This document shows positions 19,799 through 28,978 of a stretch of 64,000 bases of DNA, piece after piece. The translations under genes were made by a program, and so were the position numbers. The DNA is from Candidatus Marinacidobacterales bacterium. Lineage in GTDB: Bacteria > Acidobacteriota > Vicinamibacteria > Marinacidobacterales > DATDRI01. Under the pieces are notes generated by a model. It saw only the letters and a program-made list of their open reading frames with translations, was not told where the DNA came from and did no database searches. Numbering within the stretch: position 1 is the first letter of the stretch; each line of letters starts with the position of its first letter. The stretch lies in assembly GCA_965226495.1 (NCBI GenBank), contig OZ245365.1, forward strand, positions 5,440,001 through 5,504,000, written 5' to 3'.

Positions 19799-20725
19799 TC
19801 ACGACTGGGAGACGAGCGCAAGCTCAGAAAGCGTCTGGCGCACCTTGTCCACCTCTTCCTCGGTCAGAGGTAGAATCGGCGGCCGCGGGTACCCACCGGG
19901 TAGGTTCCTCAGGTTCAAGGCGGTCTTGAAAATCGCTTGTGGCGAGCCGAACTTCATGGAGTAATCGGGATTGATCCAGTCCTCGAAGAGTTTTCGATCT
20001 CGCGCCCCCGACCGACGCGCCTTCTCGAGATCGCCTGCCCACACATGGTTGAAAAAATTGGGGTGGTCGGCGCCGAGTACGGCACCGGCACCGATCGTCC
20101 CGTCGCCCCCATGTCGCTCGACGAGCGTGATGCCGAGCTCCGACATCGGAATGCCGAAGTAACGGGCACGATCTTTCAAGGCAAAGAATCCGTCCAGAAA
20201 TCGTCCGATCTCTCCCGTCGAGTTCTTGATGGCGACGACAGTATCGAGCTCGGTCAATTGCTCGAGCGTCTTGGTATCCATATCGACGTTGGTCCCCCGC
20301 GGCCAGTTGTAGACGCAAATAGGTATCGCGACGGCTTCCGAAACGGTACGGTAGAACTGCACGATCTCCCGGTTACTGGGGACCACATAGGGAGGTGGCG
20401 TTAGAAGAATTCCGTCGAGTCCAACTTCTTTGGCGGCCTGGGCATATTCAATCGCCTCTCGAGGTGTGTACGCGTTGCAACCACCCAAGATCGGAATTCG
20501 ACCGCGAATCTGCCCCGCCGCCAAACGAAAGAGCTCCTTCCGCTCCTCCGGCGACAGGCTGAACCACTCACCGGTGGTCCCGGCGACGGCCACCCCGTGC
20601 ATACCCTCCGATACCATCCATTCCAAGAGCTCCTGCCATGCGGCGCGATCCAGCTCGCCATCCGCGGTAAAGGGTGTGGTGACCGCTGGCAGGTAACCTT
20701 TCCATTCAACGGAATTCCGATCCAA
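19799..20725 (-). CDS. dihydrodipicolinate synthase family aldolase/deaminase
   Basis: TTPF, GTTGEW, YNWP, AIKNS (Schiff-base Lys). Confidence 0.88.
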   Translation of the reverse strand: MDRNSVEWKGYLPAVTTPFTADGELDRAAWQELLEWMVSEGMHGVAVAGTTGEWFSLSPEERKELFRLAAGQIRGRIPILGGCNAYTPREAIEYAQAAKEVGLDGILLTPPPYVVPSNREIVQFYRTVSEAVAIPICVYNWPRGTNVDMDTKTLEQLTELDTVVAIKNSTGEIGRFLDGFFALKDRARYFGIPMSELGITLVERHGGDGTIGAGAVLGADHPNFFNHVWAGDLEKARRSGARDRKLFEDWINPDYSMKFGSPQAIFKTALNLRNLPGGYPRPPILPLTEEEVDKVRQTLSELALVSQS

Positions 20726-20801
20726 CCTGGTGCCTCCGAAATCGTGTTATAAACGCCGGGACGATGGGCAACCTACGCGGGGAGTCTAACCCAACTCGCT
20801 T

Positions 20802-22235
20802 ATGAAGACACCACAAGCCTCGAGCGCTGAAGCCCTACCGCCCCTGCACTTCTACGGCGGTCTTCCTGGCACTCTTGCGCCGTTCTTTCTTTACTTGGTG
20901 GGTGTCGCGTGGCTCGCCTTTTCGGGAGCGCCCGACGAGCGCGGGTTCTGGCCCATCATCCTCGCCGCCATTACACTCGGTCTCCTTCTCGCCACCGACC
21001 GTACGACGTATTGCGAGGTCTTGATCAAGGGGATGAGCCAGCCCATCACCTCGATCATGATCATGGCTTGGTTGTTGGCGGGAGTGCTGGGCTCCTTAAT
21101 GAACGCCTCTGGGTTCGTCGAAGCCCTGGTCTGGTTGGCACGCCAAGTCGGTCTGTCGGGGGGCGGGTTTGTCGGCGCGGCTTTCATCATCAGTGCCATT
21201 GTTTCGACATCAACGGGGACCAGCTTCGGAACGATTTTTCTTTGTGGCCCTCTGCTCTATCCCGCCGGGGGTGCGCTGGGCGCAAACCCAGCAGTTCTCG
21301 TCGGGGCGATCATTGGGGGCGCGACCTTCGGCGACAACGTCTCCCCGATCTCCGATACCACCATCGCGTCTGCTCTAAGCCAACTCGCCGATATCGGGGG
21401 CGTGGTGAGGAGTCGACTCAAATACGCATTGCCGGCGGCTGGGGTCGCTTTGCTTCTATACATAGCCTTTGGCACCGCAGACGGTGCCTCCACTCCAAGC
21501 GAGGCCGGACTCTCGGAGGGAAATCCCGGCGGCTTCCCCATGTTGATCGTGCCGGTGTTGGTGATCACCCTCTTACTCAAGAAACGTCACCTCATTGAAG
21601 GGCTTCTGTTCGGAATATTGGGGGGCTCGCTCATCGGCCTCGCTTTCGGTCTTCTGAAGCCTTCCCAATTTCTGTACATCGACGCGGAGAATTTCATTGC
21701 CCGTGGAATCATTCTGGATGGCCTCGAGCGCGGACTCGGCATCTCGGTACTCACCCTTTTATTGATGGGCTTGGTGACTTCTCTTCAAGCAACAGGTGTC
21801 TTGAATCGCATCGTCGAGTTCGCGCAGAAACGAAGCAAGACACCGCGCGGGGCGGAATGGTGGATTTTCGGCGCCGTGTCGTCGGCGGTATTGCTGACGA
21901 TGCATAGCGTGGTTGCCATTCTGACAGTGGGTGAGTTCTCCCGCAAGACAGGAGGGCGTTTCGGAATCTCTTCCTATCGCCGGGCCAACATTCTCGATGT
22001 CACCACTTCCTCTTTTCCCTTCATCCTCCCGTGGTTCATTCCCACCATTCTGGCGGCCGGTACGACGGTCTCCGGTGAGGGGTTTGGAATGCCGCGCGTC
22101 TCGCCCCTCGACACCGGCCTCAACAACTTCCATTCCTGGATGCTGCTGGTCATGATCGTGCTCGCCATTTGGAGTGGTTACGGCAGGACGTTCGTTCCCG
22201 ACAAGGTCAACGGAAGCAGCGAAGAAACAAACTAG
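20802..22235 (+). CDS. NhaC-family transporter
   Basis: STGTSFGT, GATFGDNVSPISDTT; many TM helices. Confidence 0.85.
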   Translation: MKTPQASSAEALPPLHFYGGLPGTLAPFFLYLVGVAWLAFSGAPDERGFWPIILAAITLGLLLATDRTTYCEVLIKGMSQPITSIMIMAWLLAGVLGSLMNASGFVEALVWLARQVGLSGGGFVGAAFIISAIVSTSTGTSFGTIFLCGPLLYPAGGALGANPAVLVGAIIGGATFGDNVSPISDTTIASALSQLADIGGVVRSRLKYALPAAGVALLLYIAFGTADGASTPSEAGLSEGNPGGFPMLIVPVLVITLLLKKRHLIEGLLFGILGGSLIGLAFGLLKPSQFLYIDAENFIARGIILDGLERGLGISVLTLLLMGLVTSLQATGVLNRIVEFAQKRSKTPRGAEWWIFGAVSSAVLLTMHSVVAILTVGEFSRKTGGRFGISSYRRANILDVTTSSFPFILPWFIPTILAAGTTVSGEGFGMPRVSPLDTGLNNFHSWMLLVMIVLAIWSGYGRTFVPDKVNGSSEETN

Positions 22236-23749
22236 CTGCGCTCACCACCGGTCGTTTCATCCCAATAGCGGGCCAGGTCGGCGAGCGGTACTGGCTTGGT
22301 CGGCGGCCTGGCGGTAAACGAACCGATATCAGAAAAGTCATTTCCGCTTTGGGCCGCGATCAACGCCGCGACGCTGAGTGCGCAAAACCGACCCTGGCAT
22401 GGCCCCATGCCGGCGCGCGTAAAGAGCTTGACGGCGTTGGCGGTACCGAGGTGCGGATTTTCGCGAAGCGCTTGCCTGACTTGCCCGCACGAAATCTCTT
22501 CACAGCGACAGAGGACCGTTTTGTCCGACATCAGTCCTGCCAGGGCATCGAATCGTGGGGCGGCGAACTCTTGGAGGGCTCGTGCAAAGCGCCGCTCCCG
22601 GCGGAGCTTCCTTCGAATCGGGGCCGCCAGTTGGCTAGCCCGCCCCGCACCGACCCTCCCGAGGTCTCTCAGGAGACCGATCGCGGCCAGGCGCCCTTCC
22701 GAGATAGCGACGTCGGCTCCCGCTACTCCGGTGATTTCACCTGCGAGATAAATGTACGGCTCAGTCGATCGCATCCACTCGTCGTGCTCTAGAACCCACC
22801 CCCCCTCACGCGGACTCCACCGCGGACGGCAGCCGGCTTGTCGACCGAGCTCGGTGGAGGCTACAAAGCCGTAATTCAGACCGATGGTGTCACACGGGAT
22901 GGTCTCCTCGGTCCCGGGTATCACGTCCCAGGCATCGTCGACCGAAGCAACGACCGCACGCTCGACTTCGCCGTGCCCTTCCGCGCCGATGATGATCTTT
23001 CCGAACGAGACCGGAACTCCTGCTCGATCGAGGCGTCTCCACGCCGCCAGCGATTGCGCGAGTTTCTCCCAACTCGTCCAAACGTTCGGGAGCTGCTTTA
23101 TCGCATCAAAGAACGACGGCCTCGACTGGGCGAAGAAGACGCCACCGATCTCCGCTCCCTCATTGAGCAGCTGGTCGGCGATCAAGATCTGAAGGGGGTG
23201 CGCTCCCACGAAGCAGAACCGATTGCCCGGCAAGAAGCGCTGGCTTTTGACGAAGGCTTGTATCCCACCTGCCGCCATCACCCCGGGCAATGTCCATTCA
23301 GGGAATGCCACTGGCAGATCGAAGGCCCCCGGAGCGAGCAGCACCCGCCTCGCACGGAGAAGGTCCACGCCTCGCTCCCCAGATAGGGCAACTGCCATTG
23401 CCGCCGCGGACTCGCCGGCGGCGGCGGGGGTCAGCGTCATCGCTCCTGGCGATCGAACTCCAGAGACGCCCTCGACTCCGAGGGGGAACAGTCCCCACAC
23501 GGTGGTTTCGAGTCGATAACGGAGCTTCTTCTCGGAGGCGGCTCGCAAGATTTCCTTGCCAAGGGCCTGGGTCTTGCCGACGCCGCGGTCGTTAACGTCA
23601 AAGGTCTTCGGGGGCTGACGGTAGATCTGTCCCCCGGGTCTGGCCTGTTCGTCGAGCAACACCGCATCGACTCCGTGCTCGGCGAGGATCAACGCGGCGG
23701 CCAACCCCCCCGGTCCGGCCCCTACGATCGCAACGTCAGCGCGCTCCAC
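22232..23749 (-). CDS. FAD/NAD(P)-dependent oxidoreductase with BFD-like [2Fe-2S] domain (OoxA/HcnB-like)
   Basis: GAGPGG, GGQIYRQP, LCRCEEI, RAGMGPCQGRFC, RPP. Confidence 0.88.
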   Translation of the reverse strand: MERADVAIVGAGPGGLAAALILAEHGVDAVLLDEQARPGGQIYRQPPKTFDVNDRGVGKTQALGKEILRAASEKKLRYRLETTVWGLFPLGVEGVSGVRSPGAMTLTPAAAGESAAAMAVALSGERGVDLLRARRVLLAPGAFDLPVAFPEWTLPGVMAAGGIQAFVKSQRFLPGNRFCFVGAHPLQILIADQLLNEGAEIGGVFFAQSRPSFFDAIKQLPNVWTSWEKLAQSLAAWRRLDRAGVPVSFGKIIIGAEGHGEVERAVVASVDDAWDVIPGTEETIPCDTIGLNYGFVASTELGRQAGCRPRWSPREGGWVLEHDEWMRSTEPYIYLAGEITGVAGADVAISEGRLAAIGLLRDLGRVGAGRASQLAAPIRRKLRRERRFARALQEFAAPRFDALAGLMSDKTVLCRCEEISCGQVRQALRENPHLGTANAVKLFTRAGMGPCQGRFCALSVAALIAAQSGNDFSDIGSFTARPPTKPVPLADLARYWDETTGGERS

Positions 23750-24035
23750 GTACTCCTCCGGCCCCTCCGGTCACGACCTTCATTCCTGGCCGAACCACCA
23801 TCATGCAAGATCGCAAAGCCGCCACACCGTCCACGGTCACGACGCAATCGAAACAGACTCCCATGTTGCAAAAGGGACCCCGCGGTGAGCCTCCTTCAGT
23901 GCGCCGGAGAGTGCGCCTACCGGAGGCGAGGATCGCGGTTGCCAAGGACTCGCCGGGATACGCCTCGACGTGTTCACCGTCGATCTCGATGACGATCGGC
24001 GGTGGTCGCTCCGTGTCTCTCTCGAGGCGCCGCAT
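23736..24035 (-). CDS. (2Fe-2S)-binding subunit (HcnA-like)
   Basis: GESLATA...RGPFCNMGVCFDC...RSC. Confidence 0.88.
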   Translation of the reverse strand: MRRLERDTERPPPIVIEIDGEHVEAYPGESLATAILASGRRTLRRTEGGSPRGPFCNMGVCFDCVVTVDGVAALRSCMMVVRPGMKVVTGGAGGVRGAR

Positions 24036-24037
24036 GA

Positions 24038-25231
24038 CTACACAGGGTTCAAGTGATCGAGGCGATGGGGACTGTAAATATCCATGGGCAACGAAGACCG
24101 TCCCTTCAGAATCTGTTCGCTCAACAACCGTGCGTACGTAAGTCCAATGGTGAAGCCGGAGCCGCCGACGGCCACGAAGAGTCCGGGACGGCGACGGATC
24201 TCCCCCAAGACGGGGACCTGATCGGGGGTCACCCCGACGATCCCGGACCACGTGCGTAGGAGCCGCAGATCGCGTATGGCTGGTACTACCCGAGATGCCA
24301 GCGAGGCACTCCCCGACAAGGAACCAAACAAGAGCTCCGGAGAAGCGTCGATGTCCGCGTAATGCGCTCGACGACGAAGCCAGGCAGGCCATCCTCCACC
24401 GATGAGCACGTTCCCATCTCGCATCTGCTTCATTGAGAGACGGCGTCCCACGTGTTGTACGAGGTGAGAGACGGTTGGTGAGACGGCTTCAGTCGCCATC
24501 ATACTAAGCGCGACTGGAATTACCGGAAGATTCACGTTCGCCAACGCGGCCACGCGGCCGGTCCACGCGCCGGCCATCACGAGAACGGTCTCCGTCTCGA
24601 GATCGAGACCGGACTCGGTTCGCACCTTCCACTTGCCGCCGCGGCGAGCAAGGCGGTTTACCGTTTGGTTGGTAATCACCTCGGCCCCCAGCCGCTTAGC
24701 CGCCCGGGCGAGTGCGGGTGCAATGAGCCGCGGGTTGGCGTGGCCCTCTTCGGAAAAATATCCGGCCGCCTGGATCGTTTTGGAAAGATAGGGTGCCATC
24801 TTTCGCGCCTCGTCTCCGGTGAGGAGCTCGGTTTCTAGATCCCACTTACTCTCGAGCGCTTTCTTCTTCTCCAACAATTCGACTTCTTCGCGAGTCTCGG
24901 CGACGATGAAACCGCCTTCTTGTATAATTTCGAGATCTTCATCGAGCTCAGACTCCAGCCTGCGCCACCTGTCGACAGCGTCGTGCACCAGCGGGATGGA
25001 AAGAGCAAACTGCTCCGCCAGCGCGTCGCCGTGCTCGACCATCCGGTGCTCGAGTTGGAAGTGAAGGCTGCCCGCATTCTGACCCGAAGCCTGGCGATTG
25101 AGCTGTTCTTTCTCTAGAAGAACCACCCGAGCGCCCCCTTGAGCCAGGTAGTAGGAAGCGGCGCAACCCAACAGGCCTCCGCCTATTACAACGACATCGG
25201 TGCGCGAGCTAACGGATTTTTGAAGATTCAA
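24038..25231 (-). CDS. FAD-dependent D-amino acid oxidase family subunit (OoxB/HcnC-like)
   Basis: VIGGGLLG, ASGQNAG, WSG...TPD..PVLG, SGFT. Confidence 0.88.
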   Translation of the reverse strand: MNLQKSVSSRTDVVVIGGGLLGCAASYYLAQGGARVVLLEKEQLNRQASGQNAGSLHFQLEHRMVEHGDALAEQFALSIPLVHDAVDRWRRLESELDEDLEIIQEGGFIVAETREEVELLEKKKALESKWDLETELLTGDEARKMAPYLSKTIQAAGYFSEEGHANPRLIAPALARAAKRLGAEVITNQTVNRLARRGGKWKVRTESGLDLETETVLVMAGAWTGRVAALANVNLPVIPVALSMMATEAVSPTVSHLVQHVGRRLSMKQMRDGNVLIGGGWPAWLRRRAHYADIDASPELLFGSLSGSASLASRVVPAIRDLRLLRTWSGIVGVTPDQVPVLGEIRRRPGLFVAVGGSGFTIGLTYARLLSEQILKGRSSLPMDIYSPHRLDHLNPV

Positions 25232-25283
25232 AGGAAGCTTAGTGTATCTCCGTCAACCACTTGATTGAAGTAGAATCTCCCCG

Positions 25284-25850
25284 ATGCCCCGACGCCCGAA
25301 GCGCCTGACCGTAATGAGCGGATATTGCGCCGTGGCACCCGACCATCCGTTTCATGGGCCGTACCACGACCGGGAGTACGGCTTTCCCATTCGCAAGGAC
25401 AATCTACTTCTCGAGCGCCTAGTGCTCGAAATCAATCAGGCCGGGCTATCTTGGTTGACCATCCTAAAGAAGAGAGACAACTTCCGGGTCGCTTTCGACG
25501 AATTCGAAGTCGACCGGGTGGCGGGATACCGAAACCGGGAGCGGTCTCGCCTCCTAAAAGACGCGGGCATTATTCGCAATCGCCTGAAAGTGAACGCGGT
25601 CATCGAAAACGCGCGGCGACTCGTCGCCATCCGTGAGAGCCACGGCGGCTTCGCCAAGTGGCTGGACGCGCATCACCCCCTCAGCAAGGCCGAGTGGGTG
25701 AAGTTGTTCAAGCAAACCTTCCTTTTTACTGGCGGCGAGATCACCGGAGAGTTCCTTCTGAGCACCGGCTACTTGAAGGGCGCTCACGTACCCGCTTGCC
25801 CGGTGTACAAACGGGTGGCTCGTTTGAAACCGCCGTGGATGCGCAAATAG
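25284..25850 (+). CDS. tag: DNA-3-methyladenine glycosylase I
   Basis: YHDREYG, LEINQAGLSWLTILKK, IIRNRLKV, GAH...C; start may be 25314. Confidence 0.92.
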   Translation: MPRRPKRLTVMSGYCAVAPDHPFHGPYHDREYGFPIRKDNLLLERLVLEINQAGLSWLTILKKRDNFRVAFDEFEVDRVAGYRNRERSRLLKDAGIIRNRLKVNAVIENARRLVAIRESHGGFAKWLDAHHPLSKAEWVKLFKQTFLFTGGEITGEFLLSTGYLKGAHVPACPVYKRVARLKPPWMRK

Positions 25851-25987
25851 TACGGGGTGTCCTGGGGCCGGGCCCTGCCTTATCCGATTAGTGCGCCTCT
25901 CGCCGACGCTCGGCTGACAGGGTCCGACCCTAGGTTCTAATTGGAGCCCTCAGCTCGCGCGCAGTCGCCTGCCGACGAAGCGCGGGA

Positions 25988-26009
25988 GCCTGGGGGTGGG
26001 GCCCCAGGC
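25988..26009. repeat. REP-like hairpin GCCTGGGG-GTGGGG-CCCCAGGC
   Basis: Perfect 8-bp stem between convergent genes; the core GGTGGGGCCCC recurs at about 13627-13637. Confidence 0.5.
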
Positions 26010-26010
26010 A

Positions 26011-26415
26011 TTAATTAAACGTCACGCTGTGGGTGTGCGCTAGGTTGTTCGTGGACGTCGCGACCACCTGTTGACCGCTGCCGATCTGCGTGAGCTCGGC
26101 GCCGGTTAGATCCACGGTGTGGGTATGGTTGCCGTCCCCCCTGATGTCCAACGACACATCATTGCCAGCGTCTACTTGAGCATCAGTCACCGTCGCGATG
26201 TGGCCGTGGTTGGCCGAAACCCTTCCGTCGACACCGCCGGCATTCCCCCCTCCACCACCTCCGCCACCTCCGTTGCCACCATCACCCCCGTTGCTGGGAG
26301 TGGTGGGTGAGCTACTGTCCGAGCCGCACCCCGTAACGGTGATGACGACACTACTCAGAAGTGCCAGGACGGACTCTCGCGTGAACTGCCGTCGGCTCAG
26401 TAATTGGTCATCCAT
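26011..26415 (-). CDS. putative Tat-exported His-rich lipoprotein (metal-binding candidate)
   Basis: SRRQF twin-arginine motif, VTGC lipobox, Gly linker, NHGH/HTH/HTH motifs; AAGGAG RBS. Confidence 0.8.
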   Translation of the reverse strand: MDDQLLSRRQFTRESVLALLSSVVITVTGCGSDSSSPTTPSNGGDGGNGGGGGGGGGNAGGVDGRVSANHGHIATVTDAQVDAGNDVSLDIRGDGNHTHTVDLTGAELTQIGSGQQVVATSTNNLAHTHSVTFN

Positions 26416-26484
26416 GCTTTTTGTCTCCTTTGGTGAACATTCCTTGTTCGGCGCTCAGATTCGCGTCAGCGTCAATCTCAAAAG

Positions 26485-26500
26485 TGCAAGGTGGATGCCA
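26485..26500 (-). promoter_or_regulatory. sigma54 -24/-12 promoter (copy 1)
   Basis: Minus strand TGGCATCCACCTTGCA, matching TGGCAC-N5-TTGCW; palindrome CTTAC-N7-GTAAG upstream at 26552-26568. Confidence 0.75.
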
Positions 26501-27078
26501 AAGGTAAGTGCCCAAAAGTGAAGGAGGTAGCGGGTCAGGGACCGGCCGTGCCTTACCATTTACGTAAGCAGATTACGTTTCTGGAAATAGGGAGAAGCCA
26601 ACCGACACCGGGGCGATAGGTTTGTCGAGCGGCTCGGGGACAATGGGCCTGCGTCATCAAAAAGTGCGTTTTGTAGATGGACCCAATACAGAGGCTCGAG
26701 GAGCGCCGGGGTGCCATCCTGGAACAGATACGCTCCATAAGGAGAGATTCTTTCACCCGGGCTGCGCCGGATGATGGCGCGTGCGGGCCAGGAAGAGCAC
26801 TGTCAGGGAAGGCCGTGACGACCTGAAGATATACGCGGGCATCGAGGTGAGCGCCAAGGACGTCCTCCGTCAGAGATATGCGGAAGGCGAGCTTAGCTGA
26901 CCCGCAACCTCGACACGAGCACCGTGCCCGACTATGCGAACCATCCCCTGAAAGCTTTCCTGGAAAGGGGACTGCTGGCTAATCACCACCGATACCCCGG
27001 CGCTGAGCGGTATCGTCTGGCGCACGAGTTCAGGGTCGCAGCTCAGTCAATGGCTCGGGCTACAAAACAGGAGAGGAG

Positions 27079-27114
27079 GGACATCAAGAGGAGAGGGCGC
27101 GCCCCTCCTCTCCT
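27079..27114 (-). terminator. putative terminator hairpin downstream of the CHRD gene
   Basis: Inverted repeat GAGGAGAGGG-CGCG-CCCCTCCTC. Confidence 0.4.
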
Positions 27115-27152
27115 TGGAATGGAGAACTCAGCCGCGGCGACTTACCGGGCAG

Positions 27153-27602
27153 CTATCTTTGCAAAACGAGATAGATCTGCCCTCTGATTTCCCCGGCAGG
27201 ATGAATATCGCTGTGAACGTTGATGTACAGGAGCCCACGATTGAGAGCGTCCCGCTCCTCCTCGGTGAAAGGCCCGACGAAACCGAATTTCGGACTACCC
27301 AGCCGGTCGGAGCCCGGGTTGACGAGACCGAAGAGCACCCCTGCGGGCTTTCTTTTCACCGCGGGACCGTGAATGTGCGCTGCCGTTTCGGTTCCCTCCA
27401 GTCCTCGAAAGGTCAGCTCGTAGAAAAGCAAATTGGTCGTTTTGTTATACGTTGCGGAAAAGACACCGAGGGCATTGCTGCGGTTTCGGGGCAATGCCTG
27501 ACCCGCGCTCAGGACGGCGATGTAATCATCAGCAAGAGCAGGTAGGGGGTAAGCGGCGAGTAGCGCCGCGACTATTATCGCAAAAGACACGTTCCTCTTC
27601 AT
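27153..27602 (-). CDS. CHRD domain secreted protein
   Basis: Signal peptide, TAAHIHGPA, GLLYINVHS..HPAGEIRGQI; AGGAGG RBS. Confidence 0.9.
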   Translation of the reverse strand: MKRNVSFAIIVAALLAAYPLPALADDYIAVLSAGQALPRNRSNALGVFSATYNKTTNLLFYELTFRGLEGTETAAHIHGPAVKRKPAGVLFGLVNPGSDRLGSPKFGFVGPFTEEERDALNRGLLYINVHSDIHPAGEIRGQIYLVLQR

Positions 27603-27771
27603 GTTAATCCTCCTTGCACTTAGACTTAGTATTTGCGCGAGACTTTGAGAGTTGCTTCAAGCGAGGGGAGGAGCCTGATACCAATTCCGTCAAGTCGTTG
27701 GAACTCCCCAGCGTAAGGACTGGCCTGACCCCCTCCCCCATCCAAGGGCGACACCTTGCACAAGCGGAGCG

Positions 27772-27861
27772 TCACCCCGTAACGGTGATGACGACACCAC
27801 TCAAAAGTGCCAAGACCGACTCGCGCGTGAACTGTCGTGGGCTCAGTAGTTGGCCATCCAT
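27772..27861 (-). pseudogene. truncated duplicate of the 5' end of the 26011-26415 lipoprotein gene
   Basis: MDGQLLSPRQFTRESVLALLSGVVITVTG*; RR changed to PR, lipobox Cys codon changed to TGA, homology ends there. Confidence 0.8.
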
Positions 27862-28030
27862 GCCTTGGTCTCCATGGTGAACATTGCTTGTTTGGGCGCT
27901 GGCTCCGCGCCAGCGTCAATCTCAGAAGTGCAAGCTGGATGCCAAGGGTAAGTGCCTAAAAAGGCGAGGGTGGGCGGTAGGGGGGCGGGCGGCGCTTACG
28001 ATTTACGTAAGCACGTTACGTTTCTGGAAA
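27773..28030. repeat. diverged ~260-bp direct repeat of 26327-26587
   Basis: Colinear by eye from CACCCCGTAACGGTGATGACGAC to TTACGTTTCTGGAAA. Confidence 0.9.
27929..27944 (-). promoter_or_regulatory. sigma54 -24/-12 promoter (copy 2)
   Basis: Minus strand TGGCATCCAGCTTGCA; palindrome CTTACGATTTACGTAAG at 27995-28011. Confidence 0.7.
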
Positions 28031-28053
28031 CTGGAAAGGTGAGGAGTTTGCCG

Positions 28054-28926
28054 TCACTCCGCGCCGTGCCGATGTTTCCCAGTCCGCGACGCAGGGGCGA
28101 GACGCATGTCTTTGTTTTCGATCTCGGCCGGCATCAAGAGCAGGTCGGCGACCTTGGTGATGGCCTCGAAGACCTGCACGATGGTCAAGACCTCGAGGAT
28201 GCCTTCTTCGCCTGCTCCCAGGCGCAGCAGCTCGCGCCGATAAAAATTGATGCCGTAGGGCGAACGGGTCACGACCGATGCCGCGAATCCGATCATGGTT
28301 TTATAGGGCCTCGAGAGAACGCGATCGGGCAGCGTCCCACGGACATAGTCCCAGGTCGCCTTCAGGTGGGTACCGCGACCGACGAGATAGCGGAATGCGT
28401 TGGGAAGTTCTCCTCCGTAGAAATCGGTTATCTGGGTGAGAAGTTTTTGCCGAGCAGCAGGAACCTTCTCCAAGCTGGGTGGCGGATAAAGCGGCGCAAC
28501 GAGTGTCGGTCGTTCTTCATCACCATCCAGGGGAACCCCGATCGCGTCGGCGAAGGCGTTCACGTATTGTGCTGCCGCCATGGCGAAACCTGCTTCCAGC
28601 CAAGCTTCGTCGTTATCCATGCCCGCCCGCCGGGCGGACCACTGATGGATCGATGTTCAGTAGTCGCAGGCGTTCATCGCCGACACGCAAGTGGCGATCA
28701 TTTCCTTGCTAGCGGCATCCAGTTTGCCGGGAGCCCATGCCACCTTGGAAGCATTCGACTCACCGCGCCAGACTTCCGGAATCGTCGAGATCACACGGCC
28801 CATGGTGCTATCGAAGTCGATGCCGAACCGATCGCGGACCAGACGCAGGAAATCCTGGATTTCGGGGCTCTGAGATGCGATATCAGGAAGTTCGATGCTG
28901 GCACTATTCGCGTCTGGTCTGCGCAT
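28054..28926 (-). CDS. AhpD/carboxymuconolactone decarboxylase-like selenoprotein (CxxU, TGA at 28657-28659)
   Basis: ORFs 28657-28926 and 28054-28620 are in the same frame: ...KEMIATCVSAMNAC-D-Y-TGA-TSIHQWSARRAGMDNDEAW...; a hairpin follows the TGA. Confidence 0.82.
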
Positions 28927-28978
28927 ATAACGTTCTCCTTCCGCGTTCCATGATGGGCGTCCGGCGGGCGGTAAGTCG

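Noticed and set aside
22232-25231. Hydrogen cyanide synthase hcnABC
   Set aside because: The subunit families are shared with opine and D-hydroxyproline oxidases; the gene order and DHDPS/transporter context favour catabolism, so no gene symbol was assigned.
27772-27774. Second selenocysteine codon (TGA replacing the lipobox Cys in the duplicate)
   Set aside because: Homology ends at this codon, the Tat motif is also broken, and a lipobox Cys is not a redox site.
28054-28926. Two separate genes or a pseudogene
   Set aside because: The in-frame TGA at the catalytic Cys position plus the downstream hairpin is better explained by selenocysteine, pending confirmation of sel genes.
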